A stretch of DNA of 64,000 bases from a bacterium (GCA_018660415.1 JABJKG010000001.1:15530-79529); one strand, 5' to 3'; shown: positions 9,273 to 18,848, counted from the stretch's first letter. Numbers and translations are program-made. The notes: generated by a model from the sequence alone, not told the origin.

Positions 9273-10985
9273 TTAAGAGACGCTTATTTCGCTCAAGTCA
9301 GTTTTAATCGCCTTTTTCACTAAATCTATGATTTGTTCTATCTGTATCTTATCACCCTCCATAATGACCCCTTCACCTGGAGAATAGGCTATTTTAACCT
9401 TATATTTCTTCAAATCCAAGATCCGACGCCCTTCACTAAACCGAATCTCAGATGAAAACTTGGTATTAGCCGAAAGAACATTAACAATCATATTAAAAAG
9501 CTGACTAGTACCTATTATTGGGAACATTCCTAAGTTGACAGTAACAACCCCACCATCCTCAGACACCTCCAATAAATCAAGCTTAGAAAACCCGATCGAG
9601 AGCATGATAGGTGAAGCCACGGTAGTCAAAATAATAACAACCACAGAGATGACATATAATTGGGAATCAATAACACTACTGCCACGCAATATTGAAGCTA
9701 CCACTAGCCCAACCTCACCACGAGGGATCATGGATGACCCAAATATATACCCTTCCAGCCACGTCCAGTGCTTTTGCCCCTTGGACATTGTCAGGTTACT
9801 CATCCCAATAGCCCAATATGTGGCTACCAGTTTAGATACGATTGCAGCAATCAAAAGCCACAATACGACTATCCATGAAGAAAATGAAAGAATCTTTAAA
9901 TCAACCTGCAATCCTATAGATCCTAAAAAAAGCGGTAATAATAGGCTATTAACAAATGGGGACATCACCTTTTCAGCATGGTTGCGACTATCAACCATCC
10001 GATGGAACAGTCCTGCAAAATACGCCCCAGTTATCCCAGCCAACCCGCCAATCAACTCTGCACAAGAGAAAAACAACAACATAAAGATAAAGGCTGCTGG
10101 CCCAATAAGATGAACAAAGTTACTATTTTTTAGCTTTTTTATCACATAAGGCAACACGAAAAGCCCAACACTAAAAAGCGCGATAAAGGCAAAAAACATC
10201 CGTCCAAAAGCTAACCCTAAGCTAGATTCTGGCGCGTGATAACCCACCGGCAAAGCTCCAAACATGCCTGTCTGCATACAAATCAAGAAAACCGATAGGA
10301 GGATAACCGCTATCACATCATCAATAATGGCTGCACCTAAGGTTGCTTGAGAACTGCGAAGATGCATCTTATGACTAGCAAACAACATCGCGATAGGAAT
10401 AGAAACACTGGTAGCAGAAAAGATTATTCCCAACCCGATCATTTGCGCTACAGAAGCATCAGCGGTTAAGAAAAAGTACGCAAGACCACCAATCATCAGA
10501 ATAGGGATAACCGCTCCCAACACCCCAGCATTAGTCGCAACAAGCCCAACCTTAGCAAGACTTTGCAAATTAGTCTCACAACCAGCCGACCATAGCAAAT
10601 AACCTACTGTTACAGTAGCTGAGATAATCAAAACAAAAAGAACAAAAAAATCAGATGAAACAAAAGAATACATCTGACCTGTAAGCATATCAGTAAAAAT
10701 TGCCGGATGCGCAAACACCGGCAACTGTCTGATATTTAATAATGATGGCCCTAGGATAATCCCACCAATAATCTGCCCTGCAATAACAGGCAACCTGAAA
10801 AAATACTTACAAATCTTGCCGATAATCAAGGTCCCAAACAATAGCGTCGCAATAAACAACGCAAATTCAGCTATAAAGTGAGCGTCCAACCCTGAATCAC
10901 TCAGCAACCCATCAGGCATTACAATTGTATCACTACCAAACAACCCCATACATAACAAAAATGGCACCATAAACAGCCATCTCAT
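9273..10985 (-). CDS. Cation:proton antiporter (Na+/H+ exchanger, CPA family) with C-terminal soluble domain
   Basis: 570 aa with about 12 hydrophobic segments, in a Kef/NapA-like arrangement judged by eye. Confidence 0.65.
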   Translation of the reverse strand: MRWLFMVPFLLCMGLFGSDTIVMPDGLLSDSGLDAHFIAEFALFIATLLFGTLIIGKICKYFFRLPVIAGQIIGGIILGPSLLNIRQLPVFAHPAIFTDMLTGQMYSFVSSDFFVLFVLIISATVTVGYLLWSAGCETNLQSLAKVGLVATNAGVLGAVIPILMIGGLAYFFLTADASVAQMIGLGIIFSATSVSIPIAMLFASHKMHLRSSQATLGAAIIDDVIAVILLSVFLICMQTGMFGALPVGYHAPESSLGLAFGRMFFAFIALFSVGLFVLPYVIKKLKNSNFVHLIGPAAFIFMLLFFSCAELIGGLAGITGAYFAGLFHRMVDSRNHAEKVMSPFVNSLLLPLFLGSIGLQVDLKILSFSSWIVVLWLLIAAIVSKLVATYWAIGMSNLTMSKGQKHWTWLEGYIFGSSMIPRGEVGLVVASILRGSSVIDSQLYVISVVVIILTTVASPIMLSIGFSKLDLLEVSEDGGVVTVNLGMFPIIGTSQLFNMIVNVLSANTKFSSEIRFSEGRRILDLKKYKVKIAYSPGEGVIMEGDKIQIEQIIDLVKKAIKTDLSEISVS

Positions 10986-11199
10986 GAGAGTACCCTTTCT
11001 AATAAAATTTCATACTTTTTACTTATAGATAAGCATAATACGAAACAAAATAAAGGCTAATTTTATTCAATAGCTCAATCAACATGGATGCAATCCCCAC
11101 CCTTCAATTCTTTTTTAAGCAAACCAGGCCATATCATTGCTATTTAAAGCACCAGCCTGTTAATATATAAAGAACAAGTTTAACTATGGAGATTGAGAT

Positions 11200-11619
11200 A
11201 TGAAAAAAGTGTTAATATTGCTAGCAACATTACTAGTTGTTGGATCAGGTCATGGTATGATGGCGAAAAATATGGGTCAGAAATTGGGCCCTTATACATG
11301 GAATGTCCTGCATCCAGGAAGAAGCTTGTCTAGCTATCATCCTTATCCAATACTCACGTATGCACAACAACAGCGAGAGTGGGATGATGTGAGCAAAAAG
11401 CTAACCGGTATCCGCCAAGAAAAAAATGAATGGTTTGAGCATAAAAAAGCATTAGTAGATCGCCTTCAACGTAGTTCGAATCCACAACACCATAACGTTA
11501 ACTACTTATGGAAAATTCATAATCCCTTGGATGAGCAGTGGAGAGACCTTTCATTACAAGAAAAAATCTACTCTCAATACTTATATAATCTAGAAGAACA
11601 ACTTAAGCGCAGTAAATAA
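11200..11619 (+). CDS. Hypothetical secreted protein
   Basis: Signal peptide MKKVLILLATLLVVGSG. GGAG lies upstream of the ATG. Confidence 0.45.
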   Translation: MKKVLILLATLLVVGSGHGMMAKNMGQKLGPYTWNVLHPGRSLSSYHPYPILTYAQQQREWDDVSKKLTGIRQEKNEWFEHKKALVDRLQRSSNPQHHNVNYLWKIHNPLDEQWRDLSLQEKIYSQYLYNLEEQLKRSK

Positions 11620-11632
11620 CGAAAAAAATTAT

Positions 11633-12301
11633 ATGAAACCTAACGCTATCAAAGGTATTTTAGCGATATTGTTAATACTGAGTGGTACCTCTTTAGGTAA
11701 GACTCCTCAATTGTTAGGCACTCAGTCCATTGGTGACCAAACTGTTTATGCGTATCAAAAAAATGGGTCATCGAAATTGTATGCCATGGATAATGTTCCA
11801 TATGCTTTATGTTCTAAAGCCTTGTGCACCATCGATCCTAACAATCCGAAGATGTCGATCTGTATTTGTCCTATATATGGTTTAAAAACCGACCCTGCAT
11901 GGCAAAGGATCTCGGTTGGCCCTAAAAGCTTAAAGCAAACTCAACCAACCTACTCACAAAATGGCCAACTAAAAACAGTCGTATCCAACTACTCCATAGC
12001 CAATACCACCCCCGATGTTAAGCATGACTTAAGTGCTCCTGCCACTGCATGCCTCTTTAAAACCAAAACCCCCTGGGCCAACTGTTTTGGTATCCGATGC
12101 AAGGTTCAGTACCAAGCTGATGGGTCTCCACAAGCTATATGCCAATGCCCACTAGTCAAAAGTAGCACCTTCGTATCGGTAGGCCCAAAAAACACTTCCG
12201 AATGCCAACAGCCATCTGACAAGGCATGGTCAGCAGCTTCAACAGGCCAGGGGCCTGATAACAACTATATATTAAGAGAAGTGTACAAGAAAAACTCGTA
12301 G
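11633..12301 (+). CDS. Hypothetical secreted Cys-rich protein
   Basis: Signal peptide followed by many Cys residues (CSKALCTIDP...CICP...CQCP). Confidence 0.45.
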   Translation: MKPNAIKGILAILLILSGTSLGKTPQLLGTQSIGDQTVYAYQKNGSSKLYAMDNVPYALCSKALCTIDPNNPKMSICICPIYGLKTDPAWQRISVGPKSLKQTQPTYSQNGQLKTVVSNYSIANTTPDVKHDLSAPATACLFKTKTPWANCFGIRCKVQYQADGSPQAICQCPLVKSSTFVSVGPKNTSECQQPSDKAWSAASTGQGPDNNYILREVYKKNS

Positions 12302-12304
12302 AAT

Positions 12305-12793
12305 TCAGCTTTGCAAGTGCGCTTCTAAAAACCAAAGACTTTTGTCCAACACTCTGGCCAAGTCAATATACAGATCATTCGTAGCCATATCACCAATCTG
12401 ATCACTTTTTTTAATGTCTTGGCGGGTCAGCTTGCCAAGTATGGCAAAGTTATCAGACAAATGAGCGATATGGTCTTCTATCGCAAAAATATCTACAGGA
12501 TATTCATTCAGTGCTGTATTTTTCACGGCTTGCTGTAATGTCCCTAAAGCGGTTCCTCCCAGGCTGGTAACCCGTTCAGCAACAACATCAACTTGATCCT
12601 CAATCTCTTCTGCTAATTCATCCAGCAGTTTATGAACAGCAATAAACTGTTTGCCTTTAATATTCCAATGCGCCTGTTTTAATTGAACTTGTAAGTCCGA
12701 AGCGCTAGCAAGAGTCTTATTGAGTATCTCTATAAGTTTAATACGATCTTCTTTAGGGATATCAATACGGGTTTCATGCAACAATGATTTCAT
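12305..12793 (-). CDS. dps: Dps-family DNA-protection / ferritin-like protein
   Basis: LKQAHWNIKGKQFIAVHKLLDELAEEIEDQVDVVAERV is a Dps ferroxidase-helix pattern. Confidence 0.8.
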   Translation of the reverse strand: MKSLLHETRIDIPKEDRIKLIEILNKTLASASDLQVQLKQAHWNIKGKQFIAVHKLLDELAEEIEDQVDVVAERVTSLGGTALGTLQQAVKNTALNEYPVDIFAIEDHIAHLSDNFAILGKLTRQDIKKSDQIGDMATNDLYIDLARVLDKSLWFLEAHLQS

Positions 12794-12866
12794 TATATTC
12801 CACTTTTGTTTTAATTATTTAATTTACATAACCGTATCAAAAAAAATCAAAGCAATTCAATGGAAC

Positions 12867-12907
12867 AAAAAAAGAGGTCTCCTGAATAAACAGCAGACCT
12901 CTTTTTT
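12867..12907 (-). terminator. Rho-independent terminator (bidirectional shape)
   Basis: Perfect stem AAAAAGAGGTCT / AGACCTCTTTTT with A/T runs on both sides, immediately downstream of the 12924..13412 gene. Confidence 0.6.
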
Positions 12908-12923
12908 AAAATTTATATAAGGC

Positions 12924-13412
12924 TTAAACTCGAATCCAAATATTAATGGACGCATCTTCTGCTTTAAAGAATTTTTTAATAAATTCAATTGCAGTGTAAG
13001 GATCATAGAACTTACAACTAAAGATATCTAAAAACACTCTGTCATCAGCCCAATGTGCTGAAATACAAGATGTCTCAATAAGCTGTGTTAAAGTATACCC
13101 TTCAACGCCACCTGTACCAAACCACTTAATTGCGGGTGCACCATAACGTTTCATAGCAATCAACTCACAGAGTTCAATAACAAAACGCTTAATTGTAGCT
13201 TCAGATTCATCTGATTCATTCATGATATTTTTACAACCATGAAGATCAATACTGGTACATAAGCCCCAAGCTTGTTCTTGATTAAAAGCTTCCTGAATAA
13301 CCTCTGTTGACTCTCCAGCAAAACTTTTTCTTAACTCGATATCAGATTGAGCATGAGCACTCAAACAAAAAACAGACAACACAACAAACAACCCGGATGA
13401 GACAATACGCAT
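12924..13412 (-). CDS. S-adenosylmethionine decarboxylase-like (SpeH/SpeD class 1) protein with signal peptide
   Basis: Aligns by eye to small bacterial AdoMetDC: DLHGC..., GVEGYTLTQLIETSCISAHW...FLDIFSCKFYDP. N-terminal signal MRIVSSGLFVVLSVFCLSAHA. Confidence 0.5.
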   Translation of the reverse strand: MRIVSSGLFVVLSVFCLSAHAQSDIELRKSFAGESTEVIQEAFNQEQAWGLCTSIDLHGCKNIMNESDESEATIKRFVIELCELIAMKRYGAPAIKWFGTGGVEGYTLTQLIETSCISAHWADDRVFLDIFSCKFYDPYTAIEFIKKFFKAEDASINIWIRV

Positions 13413-13606
13413 AACGGTTCCTAATATGTATGGTAAAAATAAAATAAACGGAATAAACCCCCGAACAACATTTCATGAGTTTTCTATTCTACATAAATTT
13501 CATCTTTTTACAATATTAAACCTGCATTTTGTTTATAAATGTATAAACAAAATAATTAAGTCGCAATAAAGATCTGAGTTGATTATAATAAAAACTATGG
13601 ATTAAT

Positions 13607-14524
13607 TTATGGAAGTTTAACGAACGGAGAACGTTCTTTAACTTCTTTTTTTTCCACCAATGTTAAGCATTGAGAGCTACATGCGTTATTGTATTTTACT
13701 ATACAATCTTTACAGCCAATAAAGTGGCGGTTACATAACGCGTTAACACAGTTGTAATAGTCATCATTAGGCTTTTCACAGATATAACATGAACCTAAAA
13801 CATCATCGTTAACCTTAACGGATATTCGACTATCAAAGACATAATTCTTGCCACGGAAAAAACCATCGGGATATTTTTCACCATATCGCTGAATGCCACC
13901 TTCAATTTGATAAACTTCTTTAGCGATACCTTTTTGTTTGAGGTATGCAGTAGCACGTTCACAACGAACACCACCGGTGCAATACATTAATACAGGTTTA
14001 TCTTTGTATGTCTCCAAATTATCTTCTACATATTGTGGAAAGTCTCTAAAGTTTTTAATGTCAGGAATAATTGCATCATCAAACTTACCAATATCAGATT
14101 CATAGTTATTACGAGTATCTAAAATAACTAAATCATCAGGCTGATTTGAAAGCAGCTCATGAGTTTGTTCAGGAGTAAGGTGCACACCACCATCAGCCAC
14201 AGTCAGCTCTTCAGGGCTAACCCCTAGAGCACAAATTTCTTCTTTTACCACAATACGTAAGCGTGGAAAATATTCAGAGCTTCCCGGGCTAATTTTAAAA
14301 TCAATACCACCAAACAATGGATGCTCATTCATAGCCTTTATATAAGCTTGTGCAGATTCGATAGAGCCACCAACTGTTCCATTGATGCCTTCATGAGCAA
14401 TAAGAATACGTCCCGTTAATTCAAGCTCTTCACAAAGCTCACGTTGCCATTTCATAATAGCTTTTGGGCTCTCCACTTCTACATACTTATAATATAATAA
14501 AATGTTACCTGTAGCTTTTTCCAT
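13607..14524 (-). CDS. trhO: Rhodanese-domain tRNA U34 hydroxylase (UPF0176/YceA family)
   Basis: ILLYYKY...AHEGINGTVGG...CTGGVRCERATAYL plus a C-terminal Cys cluster. The ATG at 14524 has AAGGA upstream; the ORF-track start at 14533 is TTG. Confidence 0.8.
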   Translation of the reverse strand: MEKATGNILLYYKYVEVESPKAIMKWQRELCEELELTGRILIAHEGINGTVGGSIESAQAYIKAMNEHPLFGGIDFKISPGSSEYFPRLRIVVKEEICALGVSPEELTVADGGVHLTPEQTHELLSNQPDDLVILDTRNNYESDIGKFDDAIIPDIKNFRDFPQYVEDNLETYKDKPVLMYCTGGVRCERATAYLKQKGIAKEVYQIEGGIQRYGEKYPDGFFRGKNYVFDSRISVKVNDDVLGSCYICEKPNDDYYNCVNALCNRHFIGCKDCIVKYNNACSSQCLTLVEKKEVKERSPFVKLP

Positions 14525-14609
14525 CGTATCCAATCCTTGAACTTTCCATGTTTGTATAGGTTTTTCTCAGTATACCAAACAGCTTTCAGCTCGTCGATAG
14601 GGGTAAGAA

Positions 14610-15242
14610 TTACTTATGAAAACGCTTCAAAACATATAAGGCACCTTCTAAAAGAGGATGCGGACGCAAACGCTTAGTAAATTTAACCTCTGCTAGCCTT
14701 GTAATATGAGTTTGGTTGAATCCAGTCTTATGGTAAAATCTTTCATTATTAAAGGTTGACCAAAGCTCAACCTTACTAGCGGAGAGATTGGTGCAATCCT
14801 CAATCACATGATCCATCAACAGAGTACCAATACCTTGCCCCCTTAGCTCATTATCAACCGCCATGTGATGGACTTTTACAACTGCCCCATCCTGCTGATT
14901 TAACAAAGCTCGATACCAGGGAGTCTTAAAGCTATAGTTAATAAACCCTTTGGGAACACCCTCCTTCAGATAAACCTTACTGTGATTCTTTCCTTGATTA
15001 AGATTTGGAACATCAAAAAAACACATAACCTGATTGTTACAAGCGGTTTCAGGAACACCTGATTTATGCCACTTGTATGCCAAAAATGACACCAAACCCC
15101 GGACATGGGATAAAGCTATCTTATATACAGCCTCACGGTGATAGGGATGATAATTATGAACACCGTCTTGATTTTCAGATAAAATAGCAACAGAAGTGAA
15201 AAGCAAAGTGATTAGAAACAATCTATAGTGGTATTTAAACAT
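14610..15242 (-). CDS. GNAT-family N-acetyltransferase with N-terminal signal/anchor
   Basis: Acetyl-CoA motif LRGQGIGTLLMDHVI. The ATG at 15242 is preceded by AAGGAG. Hydrophobic N-terminus RLFLITLLFTSVAILS. Confidence 0.65.
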   Translation of the reverse strand: MFKYHYRLFLITLLFTSVAILSENQDGVHNYHPYHREAVYKIALSHVRGLVSFLAYKWHKSGVPETACNNQVMCFFDVPNLNQGKNHSKVYLKEGVPKGFINYSFKTPWYRALLNQQDGAVVKVHHMAVDNELRGQGIGTLLMDHVIEDCTNLSASKVELWSTFNNERFYHKTGFNQTHITRLAEVKFTKRLRPHPLLEGALYVLKRFHK

Positions 15243-15396
15243 TAAATCTCCTTCATATCTCACAAGCATAAATTCCCGTTAATATACTCCTCTTAAATAT
15301 TCTGGCAAGTACAAAATATAATTTGTCACACTATCCAAAAGAATTTTTTATGCTAAAGTGGAAAAAGTTGTTCAATAGTTACCTTAAGGATATTTA

Positions 15397-15804
15397 ATGT
15401 ATACAAATGTAATTGTTATTGGAATCGGAATAGCCACAGTAGTACGTATGATACTGGGAATGATCTGGTATTCTCCATCTGTTTTTGGCGCCACGTGGAT
15501 GAAACTCATTGGCAAAACTAAAAAAGATATCAAACCTAAAGAAGCACAAGTCGCTATCCTTGGGGGCATCTTAACCTCGATCATTATCTCAGCCATGCTC
15601 AGCTGCCTGATTACTCGCTTAGGAATCGAGTCTATAGGCTCAGGCGTTCTTTTAGGAATATCCATATGGTTTGGCTTTGTTGCCACAAATAGCTTTGGCG
15701 GAGTTCTTTGGGAGAAAAAATCGGTCCAATGGTTTGTACTGACCACCGGCTATGAACTCGTTGCATACGGCTTAACAGGCGGAATCCTAGCCTATTTTGT
15801 CTAG
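15397..15804 (+). CDS. DUF1761-like small membrane protein
   Basis: Four hydrophobic segments and GMIWYSPSVFGATWMKLIG, recalled as typical of DUF1761. Confidence 0.5.
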   Translation: MYTNVIVIGIGIATVVRMILGMIWYSPSVFGATWMKLIGKTKKDIKPKEAQVAILGGILTSIIISAMLSCLITRLGIESIGSGVLLGISIWFGFVATNSFGGVLWEKKSVQWFVLTTGYELVAYGLTGGILAYFV

Positions 15805-15821
15805 AAATAGCATTTTTTAAT

Positions 15822-15860
15822 AAAAAAGAACGAGACACTTAAAGTAGCTCGTTCTTTTTT
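15822..15860. terminator. Bidirectional rho-independent terminator
   Basis: Perfect stem AAAAAGAACGAG / CTCGTTCTTTTT between convergent genes ending at 15804 (+) and 15946 (-). Confidence 0.6.
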
Positions 15861-15945
15861 ATTAAAAAATAGATCTCAAAATCACTCATGAGAAATAGTT
15901 AGACGCAGAGTTTTTTAAAAATATCTAACTGGTTGTATTTATATC

Positions 15946-16368
15946 TTAGCTATTAAGTTTTTCAACAAAGCTCTTAAATGGTTTAAATAATGGACTAGGT
16001 AGACTCTCTAAAGTAAACCAATCCCATTTTTCACACCTGTTAGGTTCCAACAGTTTAGGTTCTCCCTGGACAAATCCCTGTACAAAAATAGTAACATAAT
16101 GCTTATCTTCTTTATCAAAAAAGTCATTTGTAAACATAATTTCTTGAGGATCCTCTAAATCCAGCCCCGTTTCTTCTTTGAGTTCCCGAATGGCACACTC
16201 TATTGGTGTTTCCCCAAACTCTAAATGCCCTCCAGGAACAGCCCAATCGCCCTCTCCATGAGTGTTTTTTCGCTTGCCTAACAAAATCTGATTGTTAGAA
16301 TTATACCCAATAACCCCTATCCCAATACGAGGAGATTTATCTTCCATGCCTTTTCCCTTAATTTCCAT
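15946..16368 (-). CDS. NUDIX hydrolase
   Basis: Nudix box GGHLEFGETPIECAIRELKEETGL. Confidence 0.8.
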   Translation of the reverse strand: MEIKGKGMEDKSPRIGIGVIGYNSNNQILLGKRKNTHGEGDWAVPGGHLEFGETPIECAIRELKEETGLDLEDPQEIMFTNDFFDKEDKHYVTIFVQGFVQGEPKLLEPNRCEKWDWFTLESLPSPLFKPFKSFVEKLNS

Positions 16369-16529
16369 TTTGATGCCAATTATTTGTTATAGCCTATCTA
16401 CCCATTATATCAGCTGATTCAACCCTTTTCTATCACTTCTTTACACCTTAATCCTCTCACTGTCGACAGTGTATTGCTATTTGGAATTAATTAATGCTAT
16501 TCTTAAAATAAAGGTGAAGTCCATTTGGA

Positions 16530-16730
16530 ATGCAAAATAAGGAAATAGTTGTTATGAAAAAATTACTGTTGTTATCGCTATTTGTTTTAATAGCAGGCAT
16601 ACAATCAACATCATTGTATTCACATAATCGCGTTCACTGCGAAAGCAATAGGGACTGTGAAAACAATACTGGCGATAATAATATTTGTGGATATCTCCAA
16701 AATTATAAAAAGTGTGGTCGCTCGTATTAA
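16530..16730 (+). CDS. Small secreted Cys-containing peptide, hypothetical
   Basis: Internal start MKKLLLLSLFVLIAG gives a signal peptide followed by 4 Cys. A clean terminator follows. Confidence 0.35.
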   Translation: MQNKEIVVMKKLLLLSLFVLIAGIQSTSLYSHNRVHCESNRDCENNTGDNNICGYLQNYKKCGRSY

Positions 16731-16761
16731 TACATACTTCAAGCCCAATACATAATTAAAT

Positions 16762-16800
16762 AAATGTCGGTAGAATTAAACTCTTCTACCGACATTTTTG
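16762..16800 (+). terminator. Rho-independent terminator
   Basis: Stem AAATGTCGGTAGAA / TTCTACCGACATTT followed by TTG. Confidence 0.6.
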
Positions 16801-16963
16801 TCTATTCTTTAAAATCCTAAACTTCAATTGCAAAAATAATCTTGCCAGCTTTTGTTAAGAATCTTGTTTTACAAGAATTCAGCATGCTAGCGTTTACCTA
16901 AATAAGAACTCATAGTATAAAAATAGGTAAAAATTATTATTTTTTATAACAGTTTATGTAATT

Positions 16964-17161
16964 ATGTTAGTCGATATTCAAGTCTATATCGAAACAGACC
17001 CATTATTTTTACGTTCTTGGGTAGAAGATGTAAGCCAATATATTGCAGTACATAATGCGCATCAGCCTGACAAAATAAAACTAATGATTGAAAATGCATC
17101 TCAATCATTAACTAAATTAGAAGGCAAAATTGAATGCAAGGTAGCCACCCCAAAGACTTAA
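16964..17161 (+). CDS. Hypothetical small protein, first of a possible two-gene module
   Basis: 65-aa ORF followed 7 nt later by an unlisted 58-aa ORF at 17169..17345. No recognisable motif. Confidence 0.3.
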   Translation: MLVDIQVYIETDPLFLRSWVEDVSQYIAVHNAHQPDKIKLMIENASQSLTKLEGKIECKVATPKT

Positions 17162-17603
17162 ATTACTAATGTTGCATTGGAATGTTCGAGCAAAAACGCC
17201 AATAATTTGGAGGAACAATCGGTGGCGTTACGACTTCACTTCCCATATCAATAGATTGCAAAGCGTTCATAAAAATAACCTATTCCTAAGTGTGGTGAAA
17301 GTAATGGAACCATCAAAGTTCTTTTTTTCAGTACAAGCACTTTGATTATTAGGACTTGGCAACCCAGCCAATTCGAGCGCTGGTGACGTTTTCTCGATCA
17401 ATGGGGGAACGAGAAGCGTATAGCATAACGCATGCGATACTGAATGTGCCTAGACCAATGAAAATAAAGTGCTTGTTATGCATAGATAGATAGTTTCGAT
17501 TTTTTACTTACTATACTTTCACATAAGAATAGCACTCAAAAATTATTTCACTAGGACCAAGTTTAAAAAAGCGACTCTACTTCAAATAAAGACATACCCT
17601 AAG

Positions 17604-17638
17604 TACTGCCCTCTAGTTGACATGTTTAATCAAAACAA
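17604..17638 (+). repeat. Cassette-boundary repeat R0, degenerate
   Basis: TACTGCCCTCTAGTTGACATGTTTAATCAAAACAA. It shares TACTG...CTAGTTGACA.GTTTA...AACAA with the consensus and overlaps the Fic stop codon. Confidence 0.55.
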
Positions 17639-18708
17639 TTATAGACCTGAGCCAAAGAATAGCTTCTCGTCTTCTTAGATAAGCTCGCTACTTTTAGAAA
17701 TCCATCCTCCACCCATTGTTGAGCTAATGCACGAGCTGTTCGCGGTTTGATTCGTAGAATTGTTGCTATATCACGCGATGTAACAACTTCTTGATCTTTA
17801 AAGATAGTTAATACTGTACGTTGTCTTGCATCGAGCTTTCTCAAGGTCCTTGATTGGTCTTTACTTCCTTTTTTGCTTGCCTTCAGAGCTTGTGCTTTCA
17901 CATGTTCAAAGCTCTTTTCTACTCCAATACAGAAATATGAAATCCATGGAGTTATATCTTCATCTGCACGACCCATATAATAGTTATGACTTCCTACAGA
18001 AAGTGACCCATAATAATCTGTTAGGTTATCAGCATAATAAGCATCCAGGGAGTAGATTCCTTTAAGATCATAACCATATCTATGCAATAAAAAGGTCGTT
18101 ATTAATCGTGCAGTTCTTCCATTACCATCATAATATGGATGAATCGTAGCAAACTGATAGTGAAATATCGCAGCAATCAATGGTATAGGAACCCCTGTCT
18201 CAACTGCATGATTGATCCATTGGATAAGCTCCTTTATCAACGATGAAACATCTGCTGCTTCTGGTGGCAAATAAACAATCCGTCCTGTTGCACCATCTTT
18301 AATGACATTTTGACCATCTCTATATGCCGTTGGTGTCACAGTTTTTCGACCACCACCCATAATCAATGCATGTAATTTTTTTATCATTTTTTCATCAAGA
18401 TGCTTTTTGGTCAGTGCTAAATTCTCTAACCAAGAAAGTGCCTCGTAATATCCAAGAATTTCCTTTTCATCACGCTCTTTACCTCGAAGCCGTTCACCCT
18501 TAAAAAGAACCTCCTCGACCTCCTTCTTGGTCAGACGATTACCTTCAATCTTGGTAGAGTAATACGTCGACTGTAAAGCAGCCGTCTCCCGCAAGGTAGC
18601 TAAAACCATTGGGGTTAGAGGTAGGGATTCAATCTCCTTCGTTAACGCCTCTATTTTCATTAAACAGGTGGCTATAAAAGAGGATATGATATAATTCGGC
18701 TTAAACAT
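17626..18708 (-). CDS. Fic-family protein (AMPylase-type) with N-terminal inhibitory motif and C-terminal winged-helix-like region
   Basis: Fic motif HPYYDGNGRTAR and an upstream S-x-x-x-E-G element (YYSTKIEGN). Confidence 0.85.
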   Translation of the reverse strand: MFKPNYIISSFIATCLMKIEALTKEIESLPLTPMVLATLRETAALQSTYYSTKIEGNRLTKKEVEEVLFKGERLRGKERDEKEILGYYEALSWLENLALTKKHLDEKMIKKLHALIMGGGRKTVTPTAYRDGQNVIKDGATGRIVYLPPEAADVSSLIKELIQWINHAVETGVPIPLIAAIFHYQFATIHPYYDGNGRTARLITTFLLHRYGYDLKGIYSLDAYYADNLTDYYGSLSVGSHNYYMGRADEDITPWISYFCIGVEKSFEHVKAQALKASKKGSKDQSRTLRKLDARQRTVLTIFKDQEVVTSRDIATILRIKPRTARALAQQWVEDGFLKVASLSKKTRSYSLAQVYNCFD

Positions 18709-18813
18709 ACTAGGTCTCCTTTCTTTAATTCCTATGCCATTATTATGCCATTAAACAGCCATTAAATCAAGTCTTATTGTATGAAAAGTAAATCCAGAGC
18801 AGGATTGTAAGTT

Positions 18814-18848
18814 TACTGGCGGCCCCTAGTTGACACGTTTAGGAACAA
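18814..18848 (+). repeat. Cassette-boundary repeat R1
   Basis: TACTGGCGGCCCCTAGTTGACACGTTTAGGAACAA. It is part of an 80-nt stretch identical to 22665-22744. Confidence 0.9.

Noticed and set aside
9535-10113. 192-aa plus-strand ORF
   Set aside because: It is entirely antisense within the 570-aa antiporter gene, has Ser/Thr/Pro/Ile-biased low-complexity composition and no start context. The same reasoning applies to 43775..44269, 48705..49064, 51201..51986, 53642..53971, 37590..37982 and 20468..21070.
12299-12307. Convergent stop codons only 3 nt apart (hypothetical gene and dps)
   Set aside because: This is just tight gene packing; no structure or shared terminator is evident between them.
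13527-13552. AT-only hairpin TTTTGTTTATA-aatg-TATAAACAAAA as a terminator for trhO
   Set aside because: The inverted repeat is perfect, but it is all A/T with no distinct trailing U-tract, so its stability and function are doubtful. Noted, not annotated.
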